A stretch of DNA of 33,179 nucleotides from Candidatus Micrarchaeota archaeon (GTDB taxonomy: Archaea; Micrarchaeota; Micrarchaeia; Micrarchaeales; CABMGC01): assembly GCA_027319905.1 (NCBI GenBank), contig DAHVMJ010000008.1:1-33179 (forward strand). The letters are read 5' to 3'. Position numbers and translations under genes: made by a program. The notes under the pieces are model-generated. The model had not been told where the DNA came from. It did not search any database and saw only the letters and a list, made by a program, of their open reading frames with translations. Positions 9,363 through 19,022 of this stretch are shown piece after piece; within the stretch, counting starts at the first letter, position 1, and each line of letters starts with the position of its first letter.

Positions 9363-10151
9363 ATGAGGATATACGTCATAATGCCAGCGTACAACGAGCA
9401 AGGCAGAATCCTCGCCACGCTAAAAGAATACTGGCACGCGCTTGGGTCCGCATACGGCAAAGACGTACGTCTTATCGTGGTTTCGGACAGCACCGACAAC
9501 ACAAACAAGATAGTGGCGGGCTATGCACGAAAGCAGCACGGAGGAATAAAGCTGTTCCGTGGCAGTGAGAAAAAAGGCAAGGGTGCTGCGCTGGCCAGGG
9601 GATTTGCCTATGCATGCGCAGACTCGAAGATGACCGTAGTAGGCTTTGTGGATGCCGATCCAGTTATACCTGGAAAAGAGATAACAAAACTAATTGGCTA
9701 CTTGGGCGAACGCGGCACAGATGGTGTCATAGCCTCAAGGTATGCTAGAGGTAGCGTGTGGATTGGCAGACAGCGGCCCGTGAGGTACATTGCAAGCCGT
9801 GCCTATAACCAGCTTGTGAGACTGCTCTTCGGCCTGCCCTACCGCGATACACAGTGCGGAGCCAAGTTTTTCAAAAAAAGGGCACTTTGCGGCATACTTA
9901 ACACGCTTGCGCTGACTGACATGAGTTTTGATCTTGACTTGCTCTATGAGATGCATCTTCACGGTTTCAGGGTTGTCGAGAAACCTGTCGCATATAGGTG
10001 GATACGCGAGGGCAGCACGCTTGTACTCAAGAAACAGATTCCACAGATGATGATTGTAGCGCTGGGTTACAGAATAACGAGGTCACCGATTAACGTACTA
10101 GTCCCTCCCGCGCTAAAAGGCGCAGTTTACAATTTCTTCAAGAGGTGGTAG
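9363..10151 (+). CDS. GT2 dolichyl/polyprenyl-phosphate glycosyltransferase (DPM1/ALG5-like)
   Basis: IMPAYNE, DSTDNT, KGKGAAL..G, FVDAD, IASRY, DTQCGAKFF and FDLDL motifs. Confidence 0.9.
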   Translation: MRIYVIMPAYNEQGRILATLKEYWHALGSAYGKDVRLIVVSDSTDNTNKIVAGYARKQHGGIKLFRGSEKKGKGAALARGFAYACADSKMTVVGFVDADPVIPGKEITKLIGYLGERGTDGVIASRYARGSVWIGRQRPVRYIASRAYNQLVRLLFGLPYRDTQCGAKFFKKRALCGILNTLALTDMSFDLDLLYEMHLHGFRVVEKPVAYRWIREGSTLVLKKQIPQMMIVALGYRITRSPINVLVPPALKGAVYNFFKRW

Positions 10152-10152
10152 G

Positions 10153-11256
10153 ATGCGGGTTCTTGTCCTGAACTGGCGCGACATGAAGAACCCCAGAGCA
10201 GGAGGGGCCGAGGTCGTTACCGATAATATACTCCGCGGCCTCGCAGATATGGGCCACGATGTCACCCTCTTCACTTCCGAATTCAGCGGCGCGAGAACAT
10301 ACGAGGACGTTGGATACGCACGCATCATCAGAAGCGGAAGTGTAAAGACAGTGTATGTGCATGCCTTCCTCTACTTTCTGAGACACTCTTCAGAATTTGA
10401 CTTTGTGATAGAGAGCGTTAGCGCTGTACCCTTCTTCACCCCGCTCTATTTCAACAGCAGGAGAACGGTGATAATACCTCATCATCTCGTTGGCAGAGTT
10501 ATCTTCAAGGAGCTTGGACTTCCGAGCGCAGTTCCTGCCTTTGTGGCCGAGAAACTAATACCGTACTTCTATCGTGGCTCAAACTTCATCGCGGTATCAG
10601 AATCCGTCAGGAAGGAGCTGATTGACTCTGGCGTTGACCCAAGAAGGATATCTGTCTGCCTTTTCGGCACCCACCTTCTCTTCGTACCAGCAAGGCTGCC
10701 AAAATACCGAACCCCCACTGTTCTGGCACTGTCGAGACTCAAGAGGTACAAACGCATTGACTTGATTCTGTCAGCATTTAAGCGCGTCCTTGAGAAAGTA
10801 AATGCAAGACTTATAGTCGTGGGAAGTGGAGAGGAAAGCCAGCGTCTCAAGCAGTACGCGGCCAGACTTGGAATAAACAAAGCGGTGCGCTTCGTGGGTC
10901 ATGTAAGCGAGAAAACAAAATCGGAATTGCTCTCTAGGTCCTGGGTATTTGCCACAGCCAGCGAGCGCGAGGGGTTCGGAATCGGAGCGCTAGAGGCAGA
11001 GATGAGCTCCACGCCTGTCGTCGCTTTCAACGCCGGCGGGCTGAAGGAAGCCGTTATGAACAATTATTCCGGTTTTATTGTGGACGAAGGCGACGAAGAG
11101 AAGTTTGCAGAACGGCTTGTCTCGCTTCTTTCGAACAAACGACTTATGGCGAGCATGTCGCACAACGCAGCGAGATATGGCACTAAATTTGATTCAAAAA
11201 GAGCGATTGCAAAGATTGACGAATTAATGCGCAAGAACCAAAGAGGTAAACGCTAA
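10153..11256 (+). CDS. Glycosyltransferase family 4
   Basis: NWRD..NP.AGGAE N-terminus, RLKRYKR, and EX7E motif EGFGIGALE. Confidence 0.92.
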   Translation: MRVLVLNWRDMKNPRAGGAEVVTDNILRGLADMGHDVTLFTSEFSGARTYEDVGYARIIRSGSVKTVYVHAFLYFLRHSSEFDFVIESVSAVPFFTPLYFNSRRTVIIPHHLVGRVIFKELGLPSAVPAFVAEKLIPYFYRGSNFIAVSESVRKELIDSGVDPRRISVCLFGTHLLFVPARLPKYRTPTVLALSRLKRYKRIDLILSAFKRVLEKVNARLIVVGSGEESQRLKQYAARLGINKAVRFVGHVSEKTKSELLSRSWVFATASEREGFGIGALEAEMSSTPVVAFNAGGLKEAVMNNYSGFIVDEGDEEKFAERLVSLLSNKRLMASMSHNAARYGTKFDSKRAIAKIDELMRKNQRGKR

Positions 11257-11264
11257 CTTAAAAA
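11257..11264 (+). promoter_or_regulatory. TATA-like box
   Basis: CTTAAAAA 24-31 nt upstream of ATG 11288, consistent with a leaderless or short-leader transcript. Confidence 0.45.
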
Positions 11265-11287
11265 AGTTGTCTTGAGTGTAATGTTGC

Positions 11288-11992
11288 ATGAAGGCAGTCA
11301 TACTTGCAGGGGGCTACGGCAAAAGACTCATGCCACTTACGAGCAAGCTTCCGAAACCGCTGCTTGAAGTCGGGGGTAGGCCGATAATAGACTGGCAGCT
11401 CTCTTGGCTGAGGCATTCTGGCATAAGCTCATTTGTGATACTCTGCGGATACCTCAAAGAGAAGATCATGTCGCACATGGACCGCATCAAGAAGGAGCTT
11501 GACATAGATGCCGATTTCGTGATAGAGAGGACGCCTCTCGGAACCGGGGGCGCACTCAGGAACGCGAGAAAGAGCATCGGAGATGATACCTTCATGGCCA
11601 TAAACGGCGACGTGCTCACTAACCTAGATGTCAAGAAGCTGAAGCTCAATGGTTCTATGACGGCCATGGCGCTTACTCAGCTCAGGAGCCCTTTCGGAAT
11701 AGTGCGCAGCGAGAAAACTGTGATAAGCAGATTCGATGAGAAACCCTTCCTGCGTGGCTACTGGATAAATGCAGGTGCATATCTGATGAACCACGGTATA
11801 TTTGACTACCTGCCAACAAGAGGAGACATAGAGCGCACTGCGTTTAGCGTGCTCGCGGAGCGCAGGCTTCTGAGAGGCGTGAAGTACCACAATGTTTACT
11901 GGCACTCCATAGACTCTATAAAAGACCTGGAGGAGGCGAGCAAGGACCTGCGTTCTGGCGCATTGGGGCGCTGGGGCAGGAAGGCCGCCTGA
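11288..11992 (+). CDS. Sugar-1-phosphate nucleotidyltransferase (NTP_transferase, single domain)
   Basis: MKAVILAGGYGKRLMPLT..PKPLL, E..PLGTGG, NGD, FDEKP, INAG.Y and W..ID motifs. Confidence 0.92.
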   Translation: MKAVILAGGYGKRLMPLTSKLPKPLLEVGGRPIIDWQLSWLRHSGISSFVILCGYLKEKIMSHMDRIKKELDIDADFVIERTPLGTGGALRNARKSIGDDTFMAINGDVLTNLDVKKLKLNGSMTAMALTQLRSPFGIVRSEKTVISRFDEKPFLRGYWINAGAYLMNHGIFDYLPTRGDIERTAFSVLAERRLLRGVKYHNVYWHSIDSIKDLEEASKDLRSGALGRWGRKAA

Positions 11993-12093
11993 GTTCTAGC
12001 GTGCTGCACCGCTTCACGAACGTATACGCGGCAGGTTTGAAAGGCGGTAACCTGGTTTTTACCTGCGCCTATCGGCCGCATACTTGTTTGACC

Positions 12094-12100
12094 CTTTAAA
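12094..12100 (+). promoter_or_regulatory. TATA box
   Basis: CTTTAAA 23-29 nt upstream of ATG 12123; supports 12123 rather than TTG 12084 as the start. Confidence 0.5.
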
Positions 12101-12122
12101 CCTTTGCCTACCATATCTTAGC

Positions 12123-12737
12123 ATGGAAGGCAATGTTGTGGCACTATCCTCAAGGCTGCGTAGCTTCTCGACATTAGAGTTATCGCAGAAGGATGCTTTC
12201 CTTAAGAGAAAGCTGAAGACTTCCAATCCTCAAAAATTTTTCAGGAACCTTGCCGGGGAAGCAGGCAGACTGGGGTATGTTATTGATACAGAGATCCAAG
12301 AAAAAATAGCACAGGGCCTTGCCGCTAAGGACGTATATATGAAATCCCCCTTGGTGGGGACGAGAAAGAGGGTTAAGAGACAGATAAAATCCTATAGGAC
12401 CCTCCTGATCGGAGTGGCACTTGCAGCCTCTGGAGTTCTCCTGGCGCTCTTTTCCCTCTACTCTCTGATCTTAGTGGGTCTGGGCGAACTCATGATACTG
12501 TTTTGGCTCCAGTCTGGGAGGTCGAAAGACTCCAAATCGGCGGAGACTACGAGCAAAATATGGCTGTTCCTCGAGGGTCAGCCACCTGCGAATGGCAGCC
12601 AATACGCGCAACCCATTGAGCAGCGTGGTCCGCCTTCAGAGTTTACGGTTTATGCGGCATGGGATTCGGAAGGCGAGAAAGAGCTCGTACAGAAAGAGTG
12701 CGAGCAAATGGCCACGAAACTCGATTCATTCATATGA
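12123..12737 (+). CDS. Hypothetical membrane protein with a central two-TM hairpin
   Basis: Open 204-codon frame with hydrophobic LLIGVALAASGVLLALFSLYSLILVGLGELMILFWL; has its own TATA box; no family recognised. Confidence 0.7.
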   Translation: MEGNVVALSSRLRSFSTLELSQKDAFLKRKLKTSNPQKFFRNLAGEAGRLGYVIDTEIQEKIAQGLAAKDVYMKSPLVGTRKRVKRQIKSYRTLLIGVALAASGVLLALFSLYSLILVGLGELMILFWLQSGRSKDSKSAETTSKIWLFLEGQPPANGSQYAQPIEQRGPPSEFTVYAAWDSEGEKELVQKECEQMATKLDSFI

Positions 12738-12766
12738 GCGCAGCACCGAGCGAGCAGAAGTTCCTA

Positions 12767-12837
12767 TGGAGGCACAGGGAATCGAACCCAGACTTTCAGC
12801 GTGTAAAGCTGACGTCCTACCACTAGACTATGCCTCC
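12767..12837 (-). tRNA. trnV: tRNA-Val(TAC), no intron, CCA not encoded
   Basis: Reverse complement GGAGGCA TA GTCT AGTGGTA GGAC G TCAGC TTTACAC GCTGA AAGT CTGGG TTCGATT CCCTG TGCCTCC A folds as a 71-nt cloverleaf with anticodon TAC. Confidence 0.93.
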
Positions 12838-12840
12838 TCT

Positions 12841-14055
12841 CTATCTCCTGCTCCTACAGAATTCATTAAGCTTGTTTATGGCCTCTTCCAGTACTTCTTT
12901 CCGAGGCAAAGCGACAATCCTTATGTGTCCCGGCGTTCCGAAGCCCGATCCGCGTGTCAGCTGAACGTACCTGGTTTTGAGCAACGTATCGACAAATTCC
13001 TTATCTCTCTTGAAGCGCAGATGCTTTAGGTCTACCTTCGGGAAGATGTAGTATGCGCCTTTCGGCCTAACGGTACTCAAATACTTGTTCTCGTCCAGCA
13101 TCCTGACAGCGAAGTTTACCCTGTCTTCAATCTCTCGCACCATTCCGTGTATGGCTCTGTTGTGCTCTACCGTGTTGTTCATGCCCTCGGCAATCGCGTA
13201 CTGCGCGGGTGCATTTGCAGAGACCCTCACCGATGCGAAATCGGCAAGCTTCGTCTTGAGCGCCTGCGACGTTTTGTCATTGCCCGGCACTATGGCAAAA
13301 CCTATCCTGAAGCCAGTAGCGTCGAAGTTCTTCGAGGCGCCGTTGAGGATGACGTACGGTATGCCCTTTGCTAGCTGTGATATGCTCGTAAACTTCGCGC
13401 CATTGTAAACTATCTCATCATAGATCTCGTCGCTCACAAGTATGAGGTCGTGCTCGTTCGCCAGGCCGACTATGCCGCTAAGCGTCTTCCTGTCCAGCAC
13501 TGTGCCGGTGGGGTTGTTGGGATTGGTAAGCAGGATGTATTGTATACGCTTCTTGTGCTTCAACTTCCTGACGTGTCTGTCTAGCTCATCCACGTCTATT
13601 CTCCAGCCATCGTTCTCCCTGTAGTCGAGCAGATACTCTTCTCCTCCCGCGAGCCTTATGTAGGGTATGTACTGGGTGTAGTATGGCTTGAAGACCACAA
13701 CACGGTCCCCGTTATCAACGAGCGCAGAATTTATCATGTAGAGCGCCTCAGAAACGCCCTGCGTGACTATCACGTCCTTCTCTTCCAGATCAAGGCCGTA
13801 CAGCCTCCTGTACCTACCCATCACGGCTTCAATGAGCTCTTTAGCGCCTCGCGTTTCGGTGTAGTGCGTCTTGTTCTCCTTTATTGCGTCGATGTATGCC
13901 TCTTCGATGTATCTTGGCGTGGGGAAGTAGACTGCAGGATCGCCTCTGTTCAACTTGATTACGCTCTTTCCTGATTTTTCCAGCTTTTCAGCGATCGCGT
14001 CGTCCTCTTCAAGAGGATTCACTGCATACCTGCTCCTCGCTGAGAGTTCGGCCAT
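12841..14055 (-). CDS. PLP-dependent aminotransferase class I/II (Ala/Asp aminotransferase-like)
   Basis: LNRGDP, TQGVSEA, NPNNPTG, DEIY, SKNFDATGFRIG (PLP lysine) and GSGFG..GHIR motifs. Confidence 0.93.
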   Translation of the reverse strand: MAELSARSRYAVNPLEEDDAIAEKLEKSGKSVIKLNRGDPAVYFPTPRYIEEAYIDAIKENKTHYTETRGAKELIEAVMGRYRRLYGLDLEEKDVIVTQGVSEALYMINSALVDNGDRVVVFKPYYTQYIPYIRLAGGEEYLLDYRENDGWRIDVDELDRHVRKLKHKKRIQYILLTNPNNPTGTVLDRKTLSGIVGLANEHDLILVSDEIYDEIVYNGAKFTSISQLAKGIPYVILNGASKNFDATGFRIGFAIVPGNDKTSQALKTKLADFASVRVSANAPAQYAIAEGMNNTVEHNRAIHGMVREIEDRVNFAVRMLDENKYLSTVRPKGAYYIFPKVDLKHLRFKRDKEFVDTLLKTRYVQLTRGSGFGTPGHIRIVALPRKEVLEEAINKLNEFCRSRR

Positions 14056-14088
14056 ACTATCGAATCTAGTGGTGTTGCAAGACTTAAA

Positions 14089-14757
14089 TTACTTAGCTGC
14101 AAGCGTCGCTCTCTCTATGTAAAAAACGCCGTTCGTGCCAGATATCTCGGTGCGTGATTTCTCAACCACGATTCTCTTCTTGAAGAGAGGCGCATCCAAG
14201 ACGAAGGTCTCGGCCTCTCCGCCTTCGAAAACAAGGTTGATTCCATGTTTCGCGTTTGCTTCTTTCAATCGTCCTATCATCTCATTGTCGATCCGTTTTC
14301 CAAGCAGATCGGTTCCAAGGCCCTCCGCCGATACCGACGTTATTATTACCTCATATCTCCCTGCTATCTCGTTGAGTTCCTGAACAGGATTGATGTGCCA
14401 CAGAGGGGCCATGTGCTCTATCCCAAGTCTCTTGGCTATGGCATTTATCCTATCGGCTTGGTACCTGCTGAACGTGGCTCCGGTTACGAGCAGCCCTACG
14501 TTGTTGTCAACGAGCGTCTTCTCAAGATCCTTGAGTTCCTCCTCCTTCTTCCCCTCTGTTGCTGCAAACGCATGCCTTATGCCCAACGCTTCTGCCTGCA
14601 AAGGTGCGATCTCCACATTGGGGCAGTGAAACATGTAGCTTTCTTTGTTGGCGCTCTTCATCGTTATGAGCAGGTCTATCTTCGCGCCGAGCTCTATCGC
14701 TTTGTGGAGCGCGAGTGTAGAATCCTTGCCGCCGCTGAACAAGCAGGCGTTTGTCAT
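14089..14757 (-). CDS. dph6: Diphthine--ammonia ligase (Dph6 / DUF71 PP-loop ATPase)
   Basis: LFSGGKDS PP-loop, SYMFH, APLW and EGGEAET.VLDAPLF motifs. Confidence 0.9.
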   Translation of the reverse strand: MTNACLFSGGKDSTLALHKAIELGAKIDLLITMKSANKESYMFHCPNVEIAPLQAEALGIRHAFAATEGKKEEELKDLEKTLVDNNVGLLVTGATFSRYQADRINAIAKRLGIEHMAPLWHINPVQELNEIAGRYEVIITSVSAEGLGTDLLGKRIDNEMIGRLKEANAKHGINLVFEGGEAETFVLDAPLFKKRIVVEKSRTEISGTNGVFYIERATLAAK

Positions 14758-15374
14758 GCGTTCTGCCTTTCTATCTTCTTCTTCACGTGTTTTAGCGCCG
14801 AAAACGTATCTCTCTCCATCTCATCAAGCCTGAAAGAGATGTATGCGCCCTCTCTGTTGAGCTTTGGTATCAGTATATACTCCAGCGCGTTTACCCTTCT
14901 TTTGACTCTGTCTATCTCAAGTATCAGCCTTCGCAGGCTTTGCTCCCTCTTCGCCGTGTCTATTATCATCTCCTTCACTCCCGCGAAGGCGTCGCTCACG
15001 TCGCTTACGGCGGTGCTCATCTGGAAGAACGCCTGCAGCTTCTTCTGCTTCTGCACGTCCTCTATCTCTGGTATCTTTACTCCCATGACATTCTTTACGC
15101 CAACCCTTACCTCTGAAGCATCACCGACATACAGGCTGGCCTGCTCGAGCGCGAAATCCCCCGCGAACGTAGAAGCGATAACCGTAGTCTTGTATGCGGA
15201 TTGGAGCATCTGATAGAGTTTTTCCCTGTCGCTCGTGGACTCCTTCAGCATGGAGAAGAATTCCAGGACGAGCGCCTCGCGTTTTCTTTTTAGCAGGTCG
15301 TGGCCCTTAAGGGCGAGTTTCGAACTCTTCCTTATGTTTATCAGGTTCATCCTGGTCGGGTTGACCGCCATCAC
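14754..15374 (-). CDS. atpD: A-type ATP synthase subunit D
   Basis: NPTRMNL...[21 protein letters not shown] and [12 protein letters not shown] motifs; last gene of the operon. Start is GTG 15374 or ATG 15371. Confidence 0.95.
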   Translation of the reverse strand: MMAVNPTRMNLINIRKSSKLALKGHDLLKRKREALVLEFFSMLKESTSDREKLYQMLQSAYKTTVIASTFAGDFALEQASLYVGDASEVRVGVKNVMGVKIPEIEDVQKQKKLQAFFQMSTAVSDVSDAFAGVKEMIIDTAKREQSLRRLILEIDRVKRRVNALEYILIPKLNREGAYISFRLDEMERDTFSALKHVKKKIERQNA

Positions 15375-16891
15375 TTTCGCCCCTTACCTCTGTGTGCCTT
15401 TTCTCCCTTTTTTGCCTCTTTCTCTCCTTCCTTCGCTTTCTTCTCTGCCTTTTTTTCCTCACCTGTCTTCTTCTCCACTTCCTCTTTGGCGCCCTCAGTC
15501 TTCCTCGTGCCTCTGTATTTGAGGTGGTGCCTCTCTATGTGTTCCCTCTTGATTCTTGTCAGCTCGTTTTCCGGCAGGTCGGAAAGCAGTTCCCATCCGA
15601 TGTCCAGGGTTTTTTCTATGCTCCTGTCCTCGTATTCTCCCTGCTTCAGGAACTTGCTCTCGAACGCGTCTCCGAACTTTAGGTAGAGTCTGTCTGCCTC
15701 GCTGAGCGCCTCAACGCCTATTATTGCGCTCAGGTTTCGTGACTCCTGGGCCCTCGCATACGCGCCGTAGAGCTGGTCGGCCACGCCTCTGTGGTCCTCT
15801 CGCGTCTTCCCCTCTCCTATTCCGTTGTTCATCAGCCTCGACAGCGAGCCTAACGGGTTGACCGGGGGATAGAGGCCCTTGTTGTTAAGCTCCCTGCTCA
15901 TGAATATCTGCCCCTCGGTTATGTAGCCCGTGAGGTCAGGTATCGGATGGGTGACATCGTCTCCAGGCATTGTCACTATGTTAAGCTGCGTTATGCTTCC
16001 CTTCCTCCCCTCAGCGATGCCAGCGCGTTCGTAGATGCTTGCGAGGTCCGTGTACATGTACCCGGGGTAGCCTCTCCTGCCCGGCACCTCTTCCCTGGCG
16101 CTGGCGAGCTCCCTGAGCGCCTCTGCGTAGTTTGTCATGTCAGTCAGCATGACAAGCACATGCATGCCTTTGTCGTACGCCAGGAACTCTGCGGTTGTAA
16201 GCGCAAGCCTCGGCGTGAGTATTCGCTCTATGCTGGGATCGTCGGCAAGATTCATGAACGCTACTGTTCGTTTGAGCGCCCCTGTCCTCCTGAAGTTGTC
16301 TATGAAGAAGGATGCATCGTCGTAGGTTATGCCTATTCCAGCGAACACGACCGCAAAGCTCTCGCTGCTTCCAAGCACCCTTGCCTGCCTGGCTATCTGG
16401 GCAGCCAGTCTGTTGTGAGGCAGTCCCGAACTCGAGAAGATTGGCAGCTTCTGGCCCCTGACCAGCGTCATGAGTCCGTCTATGGAGGAGACGCCAGTTT
16501 GTATGAAGTCGCTCGGCATGCGCCTTGCCACGGGGTTCATCGGTTCACCGTTTATGTCCCTCTCCTTCTCAACCGCAAACGCCGCCTTTGTGTCCTTCGG
16601 CCTGCCCTGGCCGTCAAATACCCTGCCGAGCATCTCTTCGCCCACGCCGAGTTTGAAAGTCTCGCCTATGAAGCTCACGCTGGTGGACTTTATGCTTATC
16701 CCGCTGGTCGGTCCAAAGACCTGCACTATGGCGTACGTATCCGCGCTCTCTATGACCTGTCCAAGCCGCTCCTCTCCGCTTTCTAGTCTTATTCTCGTTA
16801 TCTCTCCGTAGCCCGCGTTCTTCACAGCGTTGACAACAAGCAGCGGCCCCGATACTTTCCCTATGGTCCTGTACTCTGTTTCCAGCTTCAT
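15371..16891 (-). CDS. atpB: A-type ATP synthase subunit B, with a 50-aa charged C-terminal extension
   Basis: [40 protein letters not shown] and [15 protein letters not shown] motifs. Confidence 0.97.
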   Translation of the reverse strand: MKLETEYRTIGKVSGPLLVVNAVKNAGYGEITRIRLESGEERLGQVIESADTYAIVQVFGPTSGISIKSTSVSFIGETFKLGVGEEMLGRVFDGQGRPKDTKAAFAVEKERDINGEPMNPVARRMPSDFIQTGVSSIDGLMTLVRGQKLPIFSSSGLPHNRLAAQIARQARVLGSSESFAVVFAGIGITYDDASFFIDNFRRTGALKRTVAFMNLADDPSIERILTPRLALTTAEFLAYDKGMHVLVMLTDMTNYAEALRELASAREEVPGRRGYPGYMYTDLASIYERAGIAEGRKGSITQLNIVTMPGDDVTHPIPDLTGYITEGQIFMSRELNNKGLYPPVNPLGSLSRLMNNGIGEGKTREDHRGVADQLYGAYARAQESRNLSAIIGVEALSEADRLYLKFGDAFESKFLKQGEYEDRSIEKTLDIGWELLSDLPENELTRIKREHIERHHLKYRGTRKTEGAKEEVEKKTGEEKKAEKKAKEGEKEAKKGEKAHRGKGRK

Positions 16892-18669
16892 GCCTTCACC
16901 TCTTCCTCTTCCAGCCCGTGTTCCGCAATGAGTTTCTTGAACTGCGAGTCTATCTCCTCGTTTATCTTCTTGCTCTCATCGTCAACCTTGTCCTCTGCGA
17001 GTTCCTTCATCCTTGATATCTTCTTGACGACCTCAAGCCCCATCGAGTTCTCCGCGCTCACACCCTTCTCAGCAGCCTCTCTGGCCTTGTCTCCGAAGCG
17101 AAGCATGGTGCCGAGCATAAGGTTCTGCTTCTTCAGGCTGGTAAATGCATCTACAGGGTCGAAAGCAGACTGCCTTAGGAAACTCTCCCTTATCATCCTG
17201 CCCACAGACAGCAGCGCGCGCTCCGTATCAGGCAGCGCGTCCTCGCCAACCAGCTGCACTATGTCTTTCAGCTCTGCCTCTTTCTGCAGCAGCGCCTGCG
17301 CTTTGGTCCTGTTCGCGGTAAAGTCCTCTCCTATGTTATCGTCGTACCATTTCTGCAGCGCCAGCGTGTAGAGCGAGTAGCTCGTGAGCCAGTTTATCGC
17401 GGGGAAGTGCCTGGAGCTGGCAAGCGCGGCGTCTAGCGCCCAGAAGGTCTTCACCACTCTTAGCGTGCTCTGCGATACTGGCTCTGAGAGGTCCCCGCCT
17501 GGAGGCGACACGGCGCCTACCACAGTTACCGATCCCATCCCTCCTCCGAGCGTCTTTACCCTTCCGGCTCTCTCATAAAACTCCGCCACTCTCTTCGGAA
17601 GGTAGGCGGGATAGCCCTCCTCGCCAGGCATCTCCTCAAGCCTGGTCGAGATCTCTCGCATGGCCTCGGCCCACCTTGATGTTGAATCAGCCATAAGCGC
17701 GACGTTGTATCCCATGTCCCTGAAGTATTCGGCTATGGTTATGCCCGTATAGATGCTCGCCTCCCTCGCTGCCACGGGCATATTGCTCGTGTTCGCTATG
17801 AGTACAGTTCGTTCCATGAGCGGTCTGCCAGTAGTCGGGTCCGTCAACTCCGGAAACTCTGTGAGCACGTCGGTCATCTCATTTCCTCGCTCTCCGCAAC
17901 CCACGTATACAACTATGTTGGCATCGGAGTACTTGGCGAGGCTCTGCTGCATCACCGTTTTTCCGCTCCCAAACGGTCCGGGTATGCCCGCAGTGCCGCC
18001 TTTTGCAACAGGGAACAGCGTATCTATTATCCTCTGACCAGTTATGAGCGGTACCTCCGCCGCAATCTTTTCTGCGTATTTTGAAGCCTGCCTCACTGGT
18101 CTCCTCTGAAGCATGCTGATCTTGGCAAGCCCTCTGGCTGTCCTGACCACCGCTATAGTCTCCTCAACGCTGAACTTGCCCGCCTTTATGCTCTGTATCT
18201 TTCCGCTGACCCCTTGGGGTACCATTATGTAGTGCTTTATGAGCGGCGTTTCTTCCACGTAGCCGAGTATCGTGCCCTCGCTCACTCGCGTTCCCTTCGT
18301 GGCCTTCTTGTCAGCGTGGAACTGCCACTTCTTTCTCCTATCCACAGCGCTGACCTCGCTCCCTCTCTTTATGAAAGTGCCGGATTTCGCTTTTATGAGA
18401 TCGAGCGGACGCTGCACGCCGTCGAATATCTGCGAAAGTATCCCGGGCCCGAGCTCAACAGAGAGCGGCTTGCCCGTCGAGATCACAGTCTCTCCAGGCC
18501 TGACACCGCTGGTGTCCTCGTAGACCTGGATCACAGCTTTCTCTCCTTCAAGCTTGATTATCTCGCCGATCAGCTTCGCAGTGCCTACTCTGACCACGTC
18601 ATACATGCTGGACCCTAGCATCTCCTTGGCAACCACGAGCGGTCCCGATATCCTCTCTATCTTCCCCAA
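16888..18669 (-). CDS. atpA: A-type ATP synthase subunit A (no intein)
   Basis: P-loop [31 protein letters not shown] and [12 protein letters not shown] motifs. TTG start with GGTGA ribosome-binding site. Confidence 0.97.
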   Translation of the reverse strand: MGKIERISGPLVVAKEMLGSSMYDVVRVGTAKLIGEIIKLEGEKAVIQVYEDTSGVRPGETVISTGKPLSVELGPGILSQIFDGVQRPLDLIKAKSGTFIKRGSEVSAVDRRKKWQFHADKKATKGTRVSEGTILGYVEETPLIKHYIMVPQGVSGKIQSIKAGKFSVEETIAVVRTARGLAKISMLQRRPVRQASKYAEKIAAEVPLITGQRIIDTLFPVAKGGTAGIPGPFGSGKTVMQQSLAKYSDANIVVYVGCGERGNEMTDVLTEFPELTDPTTGRPLMERTVLIANTSNMPVAAREASIYTGITIAEYFRDMGYNVALMADSTSRWAEAMREISTRLEEMPGEEGYPAYLPKRVAEFYERAGRVKTLGGGMGSVTVVGAVSPPGGDLSEPVSQSTLRVVKTFWALDAALASSRHFPAINWLTSYSLYTLALQKWYDDNIGEDFTANRTKAQALLQKEAELKDIVQLVGEDALPDTERALLSVGRMIRESFLRQSAFDPVDAFTSLKKQNLMLGTMLRFGDKAREAAEKGVSAENSMGLEVVKKISRMKELAEDKVDDESKKINEEIDSQFKKLIAEHGLEEEEVKA

Positions 18670-18677
18670 AACATCAC

Positions 18678-19022
18678 CTATGCTTTCACCGCGCCCTTCT
18701 GGGTTATGTCTATTCCTACAGCTCTGAGTATGAGGCGCCTCAGCGTGTCCTCGCCCTCCGCCTGCTCCTTGTAGCCCGCGACAGATATGACAAGCGGGTC
18801 TATCGAGTTCTCCATCCTGTACCTCACCCTCCTGTCTTTTATCGATTTCGAAAGGCCCTCGGTTATGACTATTATCCCAACATCGCTCCTGTCAAGCAAG
18901 GCGAGCATCCTGCGCTCCGTGTCCTCCGGACCCTGCGCGGTGTAGCTCTCGCTTACCCCCGCAAGCTTCATTCCCAGCGGAAGCACCTCTCCGCCCAGCA
19001 CGACTATCTTCTTTTGCTGCAT
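18678..19022 (-). CDS. atpF: A-type ATP synthase subunit F
   Basis: KIVVLG...GMKLAGV, DVGIIVI and [10 protein letters not shown] motifs. ATG 19022 overlaps the atpC stop (TAATG). Confidence 0.9.
   Translation of the reverse strand: MQQKKIVVLGGEVLPLGMKLAGVSESYTAQGPEDTERRMLALLDRSDVGIIVITEGLSKSIKDRRVRYRMENSIDPLVISVAGYKEQAEGEDTLRRLILRAVGIDITQKGAVKA

Noticed and set aside
11991..12766. GTGCTGC / GCAGCAC inverted match flanking the orphan at 12123-12737 as IS-like ends
   Set aside because: The match is only 7-9 bp, with no transposase and no convincing target duplication, so it is expected by chance.
15371..15523. CT-rich low-complexity tract as a tandem repeat or CRISPR-like array
   Set aside because: There is no fixed repeat unit; it is simply Lys/Glu codons of the AtpB tail read on the opposite strand.
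16888..18669. Possible intein in AtpA or AtpB
   Set aside because: AtpA is 593 aa and continuous through GPFGSGKTV. AtpB's extra length is all C-terminal, with no splicing motifs.
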